Positions 18,056 through 34,355 of a DNA stretch of 64,000 bases are shown in pieces. Origin of the DNA: the human T2T-CHM13v2.0 reference genome, Homo sapiens; the NCBI RefSeq assembly GCF_009914755.1, contig NC_060943.1. One strand, given 5' to 3'. Below the pieces are notes generated by a model. That model had not been told where the DNA came from, made no database searches, and saw only the letters and a program-made list of their open reading frames with translations. The position numbers were made by a program, and so were the translations under genes. The stretch's first letter is position 1, and every line of letters starts with the position of its first letter.

Positions 18056-19663
18056 GGGTCACGTTTTTAAAATAAATAATGTGACAAACATTGTCTTTAT
18101 GTAGTTAGACACTTCACATTTAATGTAATTATTTATATGGTTTGATTTATACCTACCAATTTATTATTTTTGTGTTTGTCTCTTTTTGTTCCTATGTTAC
18201 CTCCTTTCTTTCTTCTTTTGGATTATTTGAATTTTTTTAATGCTCTATTTTTATTTGCTTTTTTTTTTTTTTGAGACAAGAGTCTCACTCTGTTGCCCAG
18301 GCTGTACATGTTATTTTTAAACTACATGACTTTGGTTTTATCTTTTGTTTTGTTTGATTTAGTGTTGCTTTAGAAACCCATGTATACATACCTAACATAT
18401 TGTGGACTATTTTGAGCCAATAGTTTATGGCTTCACATAAAACAAGGAAAACTTACAACTATTGAGATCTGTTTATCCTCCCCTCTTTGTGCTATAGTGT
18501 GTGTATTATATCTACATGCTCTGAAAAATCCCACCAATACTTTAAATTTTTATATTCAACCATCATATATATTTTAAAGAATTTAAAAGGGGGGGAAATA
18601 TTGTATTATGTGTACCAAGTTTACTAGTTCTGTTTCTCTGCCTTCATTCCTGAAACTTTCCTCTGATATTATTTCTCTTCAGCATTTCTTTTAAAGTATA
18701 TCTGCTAGTGATGAATTCTCTTAGTTTTCTTTTGTCTGAGAAGGTCCTTATTTTATTTCCATTTCTGGAGGATATTTTCCTTGAATATAGTGTCTGGATT
18801 GACAATTCTTTACTTTCAGCACATTAAAATGCTGTTTTACTGTCTTCTGACATCCAGGGTTTCTGATAAGAAATTTGCATTCATTTGAAATGTTGTTGCC
18901 CTATTTGCAATGTATAATTTTTCTTTAAACGCTTTCAAACATTTTTTTCTTTATCTTTGATATTTTAATAGTTTCATTATGATGTGCTGGGGTATGGTTT
19001 TCTTCATTTTTAACATATTTAGGTTTTGCTGAGTTTTTTTTCAATCTGCAGATGTATTTCTTTTATTAAATTGGTGAAGTATTCGACTATAATTTATTTG
19101 AAAAGTTTCCTATTTCAATACCTTTCTCCTCCTCTTCTGGAATTCCAATCATGGGAATGTTAGATCTTTTAATGTTGTCCCAAATGTCCTTAGGGCTCAA
19201 TTCAGTTTTTCTATTTTTGCTTTTTCTCCTCCAGATTCGATATTTTATACTGTTCAGTTTTTAAGCTCAATGAGTTGCCTTTGTCATCTCCATTCTGCTA
19301 CTGACTGATTTTAAATTTCAGTTATTGTATTTTGAAGTTCTGAAATTTCCATTTGCTTGCTTTTATAGTTTCTAGTTTTCTGACAACTTTTATATTTCCA
19401 TTTATTTCAAATGCTTACCTATACCTCATGGAGAATGATTACAATAACTTTTAAAAGTCTCTGATAATGCAAAAATCTAGAACATTCAGGGGTTGGAATC
19501 TCTTGAATGGCTTTTTTCTTGAAGTTGGTCAGATATACCTGTTTTTCTTTTTACATGTCAAGTAATTTTGGATTGTATCCTGAGCATTTTCAATATGTTA
19601 CCAGATTCTGGTCCTATTAAAATCTATAGAGAACATTGAGGGTTTTTTGTTTGTTTGTTTTAG

Positions 19664-20013
<350 letters not shown>

Positions 20014-20699
20014 GTACTTAATTTCATATCATAAGTTTTGTCTCATATTCTCTATGTGTTAGTTCTAAAAACTTTGCTGTGCTATTTGGGTATGCCACTC
20101 AGTGCGCCACTCAGGGATTAGCTGATTTCTGAGCAATGGTTTATAACATAGTTCAGTTCTCAATGTATTTTCTATGTTCCTTTGGGTGTGTTATTTGAAT
20201 GTGCAGCTTAGTGATGAGCCTTTAAATTGTGTCAGTTCATCCACAAAACTGAGGTATCCCCTTCTCCAGCTCTGTCTTCTGAATCTTCTCTCACACTCTC
20301 TGGATTCTAAGGGCTTTCTTCCCAAGATCCTTTGACCCAAAAGATGAGATTCTCTCAGAGTTTTAGCCTCCCACCCTGTCACCCTTGGCTTACTCTGGTG
20401 AGAGAAAAGAGAAGTATATGATAACTATCCCTCCCCACATTTTGAACAACAGAAACCTCTTTTTTTTCAGTTTCTCTATGTAGACACATACATTTTCACT
20501 CAGGATTTTACATGCCCATATGCACTAATATTAGTGCAGTTCCACCATCAGTGCTGGCATTGGGAAGGGCCAGGAAAAAAAAAAGAGATGAAAGGGAGTT
20601 TCCCCCGTACATTCTGACTCACAGAGGCCCTCTTTCTAGTTTTCTGGCCAGAAAGATGAGTTTCTTTTAGAATTGTTTCAAGAGGAATGCTTCCTGGAT

Positions 20700-21496
20700 T
20701 TGCCCATTTGGTATGATGTTGGCTGTGGGTTTGTCATAGGTGGCTCTTATTATTTTGTTTCTTCAATAGCTAGTTTGACAGTTTTTAACTTGAAGCAGTG
20801 TTATTTTATTAAAAGCCTTTTCTGCATCTATTGAGATAATTTTGTGGTTTTTGTCTTTAGTTCTGTTATGTTAATGAATCACATTTATTGATTTGCGTAT
20901 GTTGAACCAAACTTCCATCCCAGGAATAAATCCTGCTTGATTCTGATGGATAAGCTTTTTGATGTGCTGCTAGATTTGGTTTGCCAGTATTTTGTTGAGG
21001 ATTTTTGCATTGATAGTCATCAAGGGTATTGGCCTGAAGTTTTCCTTTTTTGTTGTGTCTCTACTAGGTTGTGGTATCAGGAGGATGCTGGTCTTATAGA
21101 ATGAGTTAGGGAAGAGTCCCTCCTCCTGTTTCTTGAAATAGTTTCAGTAGGAATGCTACCAGCTCTTCTTTGTGCATCTGGTAGAATCTTTGGCTATGAA
21201 TCTGTTGGTCCAGGGCTTTTATTTTGGTAGGCTATTTATTACTGATTCAATTTTGAAGCTTGTTATTGGTCTGTTCAGGGATTCAGTTTTTTCCTGGTTC
21301 GGTCTTGGGAGGATGTATATGTCCAGGAATTTATGCATTTCTTCTAGATTTTCTATTTTATATGCATAGAATATTCATAATATTCTCTGATGATTATTTG
21401 TATTTCTGTGAGGTCAGTGGTAATATTCTCCTTGTCATTTCTGATTCTGTTTATTTGAATCTTCTCCCTTTTCTTCTTTATGAGCCCAGCTAACAA

Positions 21497-21537
<41 letters not shown>

Positions 21538-24300
21538 CACCTCCTGGATTCGTTGATATTTTGAATGATTTCTTATGTCTCAGTCTCCTTCAGTCATCTC
21601 TGATTCTGGTTATTTTTGTCTTCTGCTAGCTTTGGGTTTGGTTTGTGTTTGGTTCTTTAGTTCTTTTAGTTGTGACCTTAGGCTGTCAAATTGAGATCTT
21701 TGTAACTTCTTGATGTGGGTGTTTAGTGCTATAAATTTCCCTCTTAACACTGCCTTAGCTGTGTCCCAGGGATTCTGGTATGTTGTGTGTTTGTTCTCAT
21801 TAGTTTCAAAGAACTTCTTTATTTTTGCTTTAACTTTATTATTTACCCAAAAGTCATTCAGGAGCAGGTTAATTTACATGTAATTGCATGGTTTTCAGCA
21901 ATTTTTTAAAGTCTTGATGTCTATTTTTACTGTGTGATGGTCCAAGAGTGTGTTTGGTATGAGTTCCATTAATTTGCATTTGCTAAGGATTGTCGTATGT
22001 CTGATTGTGTGGTTAATTTTAGAGTATGTGCCACGTGGCTATGAGAAGAATGTATATTCTCTTGTTTTGGGGTGGAGAGTTCTGTACAGGTCTATTATAT
22101 CCATTTGGTCCAATTTTGAGTTTAGGTCCTGAACATATCTGTTAATTTTCTACCTCAATAAAGTTTGTAATACTGTCAGTAGGGTGTTGTAGTCTCCCAC
22201 TATTATTGTGTGGGAGCCTAAGTCTCTTTGAAGGTCTCTAAGAACTTGCTTTATGAATCTGGGTACTCCTGTGTTGGGTGCATATATGTTTAGCATAGTT
22301 AGGTCTTCTTGTTGAATTGAACTCTTTACCATTATGTAATGCATTTCTTTGTCATTTTTGATTTTTTTTTTGGTTTAAAGTCTGTTTTGTCTGAAATTAG
22401 GATTGCAACCTCTACTTTTTCCTGTTTTCCATTTGCTTGGTAGATTTCTCTTCATCCTTTTATTTTGATCCTGTGGGTGTCACTGCATGTTAGATGGGTC
22501 TCTTGAGGACAGCATACCAATGGGTCTTGGTTCTTTATCCAGATTGCCACTCTGTGCCTTTTAATTGGAGAATTTAGCCCATTACATTCAAGGTTAGTAT
22601 TGATATGTTTGGATTTGATCCTGTCATCATGATGTTAGCTGGTTATTATGCAGACTTGTTTGTGTGGTTGCTTTATAGTGTCACTGGTCTGTGTACTTCT
22701 GTGTGTTTTTGCAGTGGCTGGTAATATTATTTCCTTTCCATATTTTGTGCTTCCTTCAGGAACTCTTGTAAGGCAGATCTGGTGGTAGCAAATTCCCTCA
22801 GCATTTGCTTTTCTGAAAAGGATCTTATTTCTCCTTCACTTATGAAGCTTAGTTTGGCCAGATTTGAAATCCTGGCTTGGAATTTCTTTTCTTTAAGAAT
22901 GCTGAATATTGACTCCCCATCTCTTTTGGCTTGTAAGCTTTCTGCTGAGGTTCAGTGTTAGTTTGATGGGCTTCCCTTTGTAGGTAACCTGTCCTTTTTC
23001 TCTAGCTGCCTTTAACATTTTTTTTCTTTCATTTCGACCGTGGAGAATCTTTTGGTTATGTGTCTTGTGGGTGATCTTCTTGTGGAAGTATCTTCCAGTG
23101 GTTCTCTGCATTCCCTGAATTTAAATGTTGACCTCTCTAGCTAGGTGGAGAATTTGTCGTGGGTGATATCATGAAGTATGTGGTCTAAGATTCTCCACAT
23201 CTCTTTCAGGAACACCAATGGGTTGTAGATTTGGTCTCTTTACATAACCCCATATTTCTTGGAGGTTTTGTTCATTCCTTTTCATTAATTTTTCTCTATT
23301 TTTGTCTGACTGTTTTACTTCAGAAAGCCAGTCTTCAAGCTCCAAGATTTTTTTCTTCAGCTTGGTCTATTCTGCTATTAATACTTGAGATTGCACTATG
23401 AAATTCTTGTAGTATATTTTTCAGCTCTATCAGGTTGGCCACATTCTTTTCTGTAGTGGCTATTTTGTCTGTCAGCTCCTGTATCATTTTATTGTGATTC
23501 TTAGCTTCTTTGGATTGGGTTTCAATGTACTCCTGCATCTCAATGATCTTCATTCCTATCCATATCCCAAATTCTATTTCCATCATTTCAGCCATCTCAG
23601 CTCTGTTCAGACCCTTCCTGAAGAGCTAGCATGGTTATTTGGAAGAAAGAAGTTACTCTGGCTTTTTGAATTGACAAGAGTTCTTGAGCTGGTTATTTCT
23701 CATCTTCATGGGGTGATGTTCTTCAATCTTTGAACTTGCTTTCCTTTGGATTATTTTTTTCCTTTTATTCTATTTGATATCCTTGAGGGTTTGATGTGGT
23801 ATAAGGTGAGTTCAGCTGACTGGCTTCATTTAAGGAAGATTTTAGGGGGCCAATGCTCAGCTCTCAACTCCTGGACTGCATGTTGTAACTCTGGTGGGCT
23901 TATATCGGGCCCTGACTTTGTTCTCTGGATTCTCGAGGTTGGGAACGAACTACACTGGGGTGGCCAAGGTGTTCCCAGGCTGCTGGTCACTGCACTACAA
24001 TGGATGGTGCCAAAGCATTTTTTAGTGCAGTGGCAGCAGGATTTGTCATCATTCTCACATGCCAGCTGCAGTGGCAGTGGCAACATGGTGGGGTGCATGC
24101 TCATCAGCTGTGGCAGCTTGCTAGTGGGTACCGGGATGCCTGCTTCTGTGTGAGCACTTACAGCAGTGGTGGAGGCAGCATGGCTCAAGGGGGCAGGGGG
24201 GCCCCCCACTGGTGACTGTATGTGTAGTAGTGCTGGTGGTGGTGTTAGCATGGGGATGAGGCACTGGCTTCTGCAGGTCTGTGTGTGTCCCCTGTGCATG
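20700..24300 (-). mobile_element. Primate L1 (old L1PA/L1PB), 5' half: 5' UTR, ORF1 and the ORF2 endonuclease region, 3'-truncated
   Basis: Minus-strand ORFs with L1 peptides: 23335-23595 (ORF1 ...SRIDQAEE), 22893-23111 (MLKAAREKGQVTYKGKPI) and 22150-22344 (NIYAPNTG.PRFIKQVLRDLQRDL). Confidence 0.92.
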
Positions 24301-24549
24301 TTCATATGTTATTTAACCTACACTCCATATTTAAATTTATTCTGTTTTTAATTTAAATTCCTTGTAATTGATTTGCCTCCAGTTTAGCCCACTTTTATGA
24401 ATTGTTTTTAACTGTCACGTTTCTCCTGTCTCCATTAATCTGGCATGATTCTTCAGCTTTCTCTTTTTGCTCATGGTGTTTTTGATACTATTTTAATGTA
24501 TGGATATACTGCATTTTCTATATCAATAGTAATCAAAAGTAATGCCATT

Positions 24550-25180
24550 TTTAATAGCCACACATAAAGTCAAATACCTAGGAATTAACCAAAAAAGTTA
24601 AAGTTGTCTATAATAAAAACTATAAAACACTGACAAAAAAATTGAAGAGGACACCAAAAAATGGAAAAATGTTCCATGTTTATGGATTGGAAGAATCAGT
24701 AACGTTAAAATATCCATACTACCCAAGCAATCTACAGATTCAGTGCAATCTCTGTTAAAAATACCAATGACATTCTTCAGAGAAATTAAAAAGCCTCAAA
24801 TTTATATGGAACCACAAAAAAACCCAGAATAATTGAGGCTATCCTGACCAAAAAGAACAAAACCGACTTCAAATTATACTACAGAGCTATAATAACCAAA
24901 ACAGCATAGTACTGGCATAAAAACAGACACAGAGACCAATGGAACAGAACAGAGAACAGAAACAAATCCACACACCTACGGATAACTAATTTTTGACAAA
25001 TGTGCTGAGAACACATGAGGAAAAGACAGTCTCTTCAATAAATGATGCTGGGAAAACTGGATATCCATATGCAGAAGAATGAAACTAGACCTCTATTTCT
25101 TACCACATAAAAAAGCAAATCAGAATGGATTAAAAACTTAAATCTAAGACCTCAATCTATAAAACTAATAAAAGAAAACT
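24550..25180 (+). mobile_element. L1MA-type ORF2 3' fragment
   Basis: AAATACCTAGGAAT, ATGGATTGGAAGAATC, GACCAATGGAACAGAA and TGCTGGGAAAACTGGATATCCATATGCAGAAGAATGAAACTAGAC. Confidence 0.85.
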
Positions 25181-25183
25181 TTG

Positions 25184-25502
<319 letters not shown>

Positions 25503-25594
25503 TTATTTTACAAATGTATAAACAATATTTGAAAAATGAGGGAAAAGGCCAAAAAGCCATTAGTACAGTAGGCAAAAGGTTTGAACAATTTACC

Positions 25595-25627
<33 letters not shown>
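25595..25627 (+). repeat. (AAT)n microsatellite, about 11 units
   Basis: AATAATAAT... read directly. Confidence 0.95.
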
Positions 25628-26074
25628 CATGGCCTTTGAAAATATGAAAAGATGTTCTATTTCATTTACAATACAGGAAATGTAAATTAAAATTATATCG
25701 GCATACTATCAGTTTTAGCCTCACATCATCAGGTTATACTAAACATTTTCCTCTTTTCAGTTCTCTACTGATCCTCAAGCAGTAATTTCTTGTCAGTTCC
25801 TTGAAGATTTTATCTCCACCTTTGTTCACTCTCCAGTAATACTTCTGTAATAATTGGGGATATTTCAATCAGGAAATCATTGTTTATGTAATATTTTTGC
25901 TTGAAGACTCAAGAGAAAGGTAAGGACGACACTCAGTGCAGGAGTCCATATTACCACATAGGCGTTTCGGATGGGGGATTCCCTTCTCCGGGGACTTGGA
26001 AGAAGTGTGGTCAAGAAGCTATGTGTAGTTGCAACACTTCCCCCTGGAGGGTAAAACTGTGAACGTTTACTCCT

Positions 26075-26530
26075 TGGGCATTCTGGGAAGTGTCCCAACG
26101 GTCGGTGGGGTTGCGGGCACTTCCGGTCAGGCAGGCGGATCCGGGGAATTCTGGGAAATGTAGTCCAGACGCTCTGTGGAGTCGCGGGAGCTACGGCTGC
26201 GGGAGTTACCCTTTATTCTGTGATATTTTGAGCTGTTCTGCGTCTCGCAGGCCCTTCTGAATTTCCTGGACCTACTCTCGGAACCCTCAACGAGCTAGCG
26301 ATAGATTTAGAGGAAAGGAAGCACCGTCGGAAAGCAAAGGTTTGGAAGGGTGAGGGCGGCGGTTTGCGATCCCCGCGGCAGAGCCTTCTTGCGTTTAGGG
26401 CTGTCCTAGCATCCCGAGGGACTCGGTCCTGTCACGTTTCGCCCTATTTGGGGGTTTCTGGGGCTCTCAGCTCGCCCAATCCGCATCCCTCCACTACTGG
26501 CGCGGGGCCGATTCCCCCGGTACAACGTTG
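26075..26530 (+). promoter_or_regulatory. ZNF221: CpG-island promoter and non-coding exon 1 of ZNF221 (exon 1 about 26130-26339/26349)
   Basis: ETS site CACTTCCGG (26118-26126); reverse ZNF143/SBS motif GAATTCTGGGAAATGTAGTCC (26146-26166) and a second GCATTCTGGGAAGTGT (about 26078); donors AAG|GTTTGG (26339) and AGG|GTGAGG (26349). Confidence 0.75.
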
Positions 26531-26645
26531 GGGTGTTACTTAATCTCCCTGGGACTCTTTTTGCTTTTCTTTAAATGGGGGATATTAAGACCTTCCTAAT
26601 AGAATTGTCTTGGGAATTGAAAGAGGTAATATAAAAGAGTCTTAA

Positions 26646-27099
<454 letters not shown>

Positions 27100-27877
27100 G
27101 TCTTTGACCTCTTATTTAGGAAAAGGAGGGGTATCTCCAATTTCCACAGAAGGAGGGGAGGGTCTTGACCGTTTTGTCAAGAGTGGTGACACAACCATGG
27201 TATTTTGTAGCATTGTTTCCGCATCCTGACTTCTCTAAAAGGATTGCTTGGAGGTAGACGGAGTGACTCCTTGACTACTGACAACAAAGCTCCACGCGAG
27301 TGTGACTTGTCATTTTTCTTTTACAGTAACGTTCACATCTATTGTAGGATGCTGTAATCGGGCATGGGCATTGATAAGAAAGTCTTAATTGCTATCTTCA
27401 ATTCTAAGGGCTTTATACAAAGAAATTCACGTACACCACATGGTAGCTCTGTGGAGAGGTACTGCCATTTCGTCTATTAAAGATGAGAGTGAAACAAAGG
27501 GAGCAGGAGTTATTTGCCCATAGTTGCCCAAGTAATAAGAAGTGGAGCCGGGGTTGGAACCTTTGCGGTCCAGGTCAGAGCCCAAGCTGATAATTTCTGG
27601 GATACATTCTCACTGAGGCAGAGGAACTAGCTGGAATCAGGTGGGGAAAGCAAGTTAGGACTTGATTGGAGGGACCTTGAGAGCAAGGCTCATGGGCTTG
27701 GACCTCTCTAGGACTCTTTTAAAACTTTATCAACTATTTTTTTTCACTTATTACACATATTTTGTATTCTTATAGAACCATATCATTATGGAGCATTCAG
27801 AAATTGCAGAAATACGACAAGAAAAAAAGCTTAATTACCTCTGAATGCAGGATATAAAGATAGTAACCATTAAGCTT

Positions 27878-28394
<517 letters not shown>

Positions 28395-28726
28395 TAGACA
28401 CGATTGATTAAACCATTGGCCACTGGTGATCAGCTTAACCTTTAGCCCTTCTCCCTTCCCAGAGGTTGGGGAGTGGGGCTGAAAGTCCCATGCCTTTACT
28501 CTCTAACCATGCATTGGTCTTTCAGGTGACCAGCCACATCCTGAAACTACCTAGGGGTTGCCAGCCATCACTCAATTCATGAGTATACAAAAGATCAATT
28601 TGGAGATTCTAAGGATTTTAGTTGTATGCCAGGAGACATGTTAGTGACCAAATATGCATTTAGGTTATCACCGTACATACCCATCTTTGAACCCAGATCC
28701 TCTTACATAAAAAGGATTTACAACTC

Positions 28727-29082
<356 letters not shown>

Positions 29083-31752
29083 TCACATTAATAAGTCCAG
29101 TCCAGTGGGTGAAGCCACTCAGGTTTGCTGGCTTCCATTTGATATACGGTTCTAAAAGTAGGAGTGGTCTTAGCAAAACATATAGCTTCACCATTTCAGG
29201 CATCTGGTGTAATTGAGCTAAGAGACAGTGTCATCTTAAGGTATTAATATACTACTGGAGTTCTCTCAATTCATAACTCATTTATTCATTCCTTTACCCT
29301 CAGCTACCGTTTCTCCTTCTTTCCATTAATACACAGACTTTTTCACCTTTGGAAGGGACATTAGAATCACCACTGTGCCGGTCTAGACTGCAGACAGCAA
29401 TACTAGTCTAGCAAATGCTTCCCCCTCAGTTCACCTCCATTCAGATAGGGTAAGGTTACTTAGGTGCAGAATAGTGGACTGTTTTTACCATCAGGAAATA
29501 CAGTTATATTCACTGTTAGCCCAATTTTGCCAGATGGGGTGAAGGCACAACCCATCCCCATCGGGCCCTCAGGAATTCTGACACAAGTTTTAGAAATTTA
29601 GTTATGGTTTCTTGCTTAGGAATCATCCCTGCTTCCAACACTTGTAGTTGTAGCCCTGATCCTGTGACCACTACATCAGGTATGGGGAAAAAAATTGAGG
29701 TAATATGGGGAAGAAGGAAAAAAAAAAGTGTAATCATTATACTGGTGTTCTCCTCCCTTGGCAAGAATTGCATAGTCATCCCAGCCTCCTTTCCCACCAG
29801 GTCTTCCCCAGATCAACCAGAAAAATAGAGAAATTGCTATCCCACTGACATTGAGTATGAGCACACACTTGCGAAGGTGTGTAAGCCAGCCCTGATGCTT
29901 TTATCTCTTTGTTTTAGACAATCAATGTTTTAATTGCCTGTTCCACTTCCCTATCAAACTATTACTCTGAGGAGGATCGCTCTCTATTCATTGCTGGACA
30001 TTGTGGGCTCTATATCTAGTGTGTTTCTTGGTCTTCTTTCTTCTTTTTTTTTAATAACACTCTGAACATTTGGATCTTCCACCATATAAGCAAAACCCGG
30101 TCAAGAATCAGTGTCTACTGCTGTCAAGACCCATCTGTAGCCTCCCAGGGCTACCAGCATCACTTGCCAGCTACACTCAGGTCCTTCCCACCAGGGAATC
30201 TGTTTCACAGCCATCTTCACTGTGTCATTTTTGCTGACAAACAGAACAGTTTTCATCTGCATTTTGTGCCTCAGAGGGTGCAAGAACATGTCTCGATTTA
30301 GCCCATCTTTGCACTGCTGCACTACTCCCATATCCACTAATTTCACGGACCCAGGCAGCCACTGCAAGGGAGCACATGGGGATATCTGCTTGTTGATTCA
30401 AAACCTGAAGGGGGCTCTGCCAATGAGCATCAACAGGTCCTACTTTAATGCACACCCCCTACTTCAAATTTCTGTAAGTTCATGCCTCACATGGGCATCC
30501 CCTTTAATAGACCAGATCTCCACTGCTCTTCTGCCTGAGTGTATGGCCAGGCCATTTGCCACTGCCCATGAGTCAGTAAAGATCCCAAAGTGGGTTTCTA
30601 CCACCATTCAGTTTTTCATCACTGCTAGGAAAACAGCGTGTAATTCAGTGCATTGAGCTGATATGTTTTTACCTTCTTTGATCAGGGTGGCATCCTTCCA
30701 AATCATATGTTCATTCACTTTGGAACTGCCATTCACAAAATGAGCAGCTCTTTGCTGGTCAGTTGAGAGTTGTTTATAGCTTCTCACACAGTTCCAGAGT
30801 CAGTCTCCAGGTAGCATGACTCTGTATAAACTATTTCCATTTTATTATGGAACTCTTCTGGGCACTGCCATCCCCATTAGAATGTTTTCCTAACATTACC
30901 TAAGAGAGCATAGGTATTTCAGGTGTCAAGATTTTTAATGTCTTTCAGTCATAGGGCTAGCCTCAGTTAATGCCCCATAGCAGGGTAGTAAATACTCTTC
31001 AAGTCAAAATTTTCTAGTCCAAAGTCTCAGTAATTGTCACTAGAAGGCACTCACAGGCTTCTGTCATAAGCCCCAGCCTACATTCCACATGGAGCTATCA
31101 AAACAGAATTTGTCCATACCAGCACTTCAGATTCTATTCTACACTGTGCGGACTCAGGCAATCTTACTGGTTCCCATTTAGCATGTCCAACTAATATTGC
31201 TTGAAGGGTAGATTTATATGCCTTCTGTTTTATAATGCTAGTCAGGAGAAACGTTCCCTAGTCAGATACAATGTCCATTCCCATAAAACATTTAGGTAAA
31301 GAAGATACAACTTCTTAATATAAAGTCTGTTTAAATAGTCCAACTTTCATAATCCTATCAACCCTTACATTTTTATGTTCTAGTCCCAGGAAGTTTTCCA
31401 CCACTTGCCCACCCCAACACTCCCCCCAGCCATTTTATCCTCTCATGCGAAACACTGAGAGTCAGCAGGAGGGGATTGAGCCAAAGGACCCTGGCTCTTT
31501 TGTCAATCTTTATCTTGACTAATCTACTTGACTACTGCCCCCAAGCAATTCCAAGTGGGGTTTCTCATCATAATCTTTACCTTCGGCCTTTTAAAATTTC
31601 TCCAAACTGGAGTAAATACAACAAACTTATTTGAAACCCTTTAATATTGGGGGATCAGCAGAGGATCCACCAAACTTTCAATATTATTGTGTTCAGACCT
31701 TTGTTTTAGCCTCATCAATTTCCATTTTATTTTTTCCATTTCTTAATAAAAC

Positions 31753-32468
<716 letters not shown>

Positions 32469-33460
32469 TAATGATCTAAAGATTTTCACCCTGTTGGAAT
32501 GAGTCCCATGACTCTCTCTCTTTCTTCTTAGTTTCACCTTTATCATTGTTTTTTAAATGACCTTTAAAAAATTTCTAGCTTTCTGGGATGAGTCGTTTGA
32601 CTCTGCCCTCTGCCTTTTTCCTCTTGCTAATTAACCTAATGTTTTTATTAACATCTTTAATATCTTTAAAGGGAAGCTGAGACAGCAAATCTGATAAGGC
32701 TTCTAGGACTGTTGTTCAGTTTTGCAAGAGTTAAGATGTCAACTAATAAATAAAATCAATACTGAGCCACAAACAAAAGAAAAGATGTTTTAAGTGGGGT
32801 CTTGTGAATTGCAATCAAGAAGTACAGATCTAGCAGTCAGCTAAATCATTTCCTGTTCTATCCAGGCAAGGTTGGGCAGGGGCTTATAAATGTTTACTGT
32901 AAGTTTACATATCTGGAAGGTATTAGTACAGTCCATGATTGATGTCAGTTGGTTAGCAACTTAGGATGTCTTTGGTTGATGATCAATCTAGTTCAGCATA
33001 GCTGTTTCCCCAAGAGTTTCGCAATCAGGCCATGTATAAACAATTCCAATCAAATGCAGCTGGTTTTACAATTTGGCCCAGTTAAACAGGTTAAAATCCA
33101 TCTGGATGTGTACATAACTGAGGTCCAACTCCACATGCCTCTTTTTAGAAACTTCTGACATAACCATCTCCATTTTGAGTTTTCTTTTTACAAAAGTCAC
33201 GTGGGGTATCCATGCGAAAGGGGCCCCCTTAGCCACAGCATTTACCATGACCTGGGTAAGAAGCATATTCAGCAGATGAATATCCCAGTCATCATAAATT
33301 CAGTCCCACGTGGCTTGCATGCGGTATATCAGCTGCATCATCTGGGGTATCCCACCGAGCATTTATAGGGTGAGTTGAGCAGTCCGCTTTTTCAGGGCAA
33401 GCAGACATTACCATGTCTTTTATCCAGTTGATCAGGCTGGCTGTTCCCTTGGGAACAATC

Positions 33461-33880
33461 TGTTAACATTGATAGTGAGATTCAGGCAATATGGTTAAAT
33501 ATTGAGTTTATTCAAACACAAAATTTGAAGATGTCCACCTGGGAGGACACGGACTTCAAAAGATTGGATAAGTGCTCTGAAGTGGAAAGGTTTGAGAGTC
33601 ATTATGTAGGCAGGGTCTAGGAAGCTTAACAGGATGTCAGCATTTTCTATACAAGATTAATGCATAGTTATAGCAATTCGATAGCAGTGTTTCCTTTTAT
33701 TGGGAAGAACGTATTTAACATTCTGCATTAGAGATGTAATAGTCAAAGGGGTCTTTTATCTCAGACAAAGAATCTTTTATCTTAGATGCTATCTGGTCTG
33801 AGCCAGGAACAAGAAAACAAAGAAGGAAGTTAAGAGGTCAAGCTCAGTGACTCAGTTTCCTTCGGGCCTAACAACTTTTA
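33461..33880 (-). mobile_element. Probable additional LTR inserted in the ERV gag region
   Basis: Abrupt break in gag-like sequence at TGTTAACA...GAGTTTATT; family not determined. Confidence 0.4.
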
Positions 33881-34355
33881 GAAGCCCAAAATAGATAAGA
33901 CTATTGGGTTTTTGGTTGTTTTTTTTTTCACATCTCCTGTGTGTCTGCATCAGGTGTTTACCGTCTGTAATTGTTGCATCATGTATCACCATCTGTAATT
34001 GTTTCATAGTGAACTGTGGGTCCTACATAAACCCAAATATGCTCTTCAATGCAACATTTAAAACCAAAGATGCTGCTACTTAGTTTCTCTCACAATCCAG
34101 TTGAGTAAAGTTTCCTTAAGAAGCTACAAAATAAACAATTCCTTCACACTGTACACTGTAGTTTCAGTTTCTTGGTTTTACCCTTCCCATACACTGATTG
34201 CCTTTTGGTAACCACAGGTCTTAGAGGTACTTACTGTTGTCCTGGTGTATTTTTTCCCTTAGGGACAGCTTTGAGGCAAGTGGCTAAAGCTTAGATTCAC
34301 TAAAATTCGAACTTGGTCAAGCATCAGAGTCCAACCCAGTCCTTTTAATTACATT

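Noticed and set aside
30101-30656. Domesticated integrase or RNase H gene
   Set aside because: Frameshifted fragments with the HHCC histidines lost (REISGYG) and deletions; a decayed ERV.
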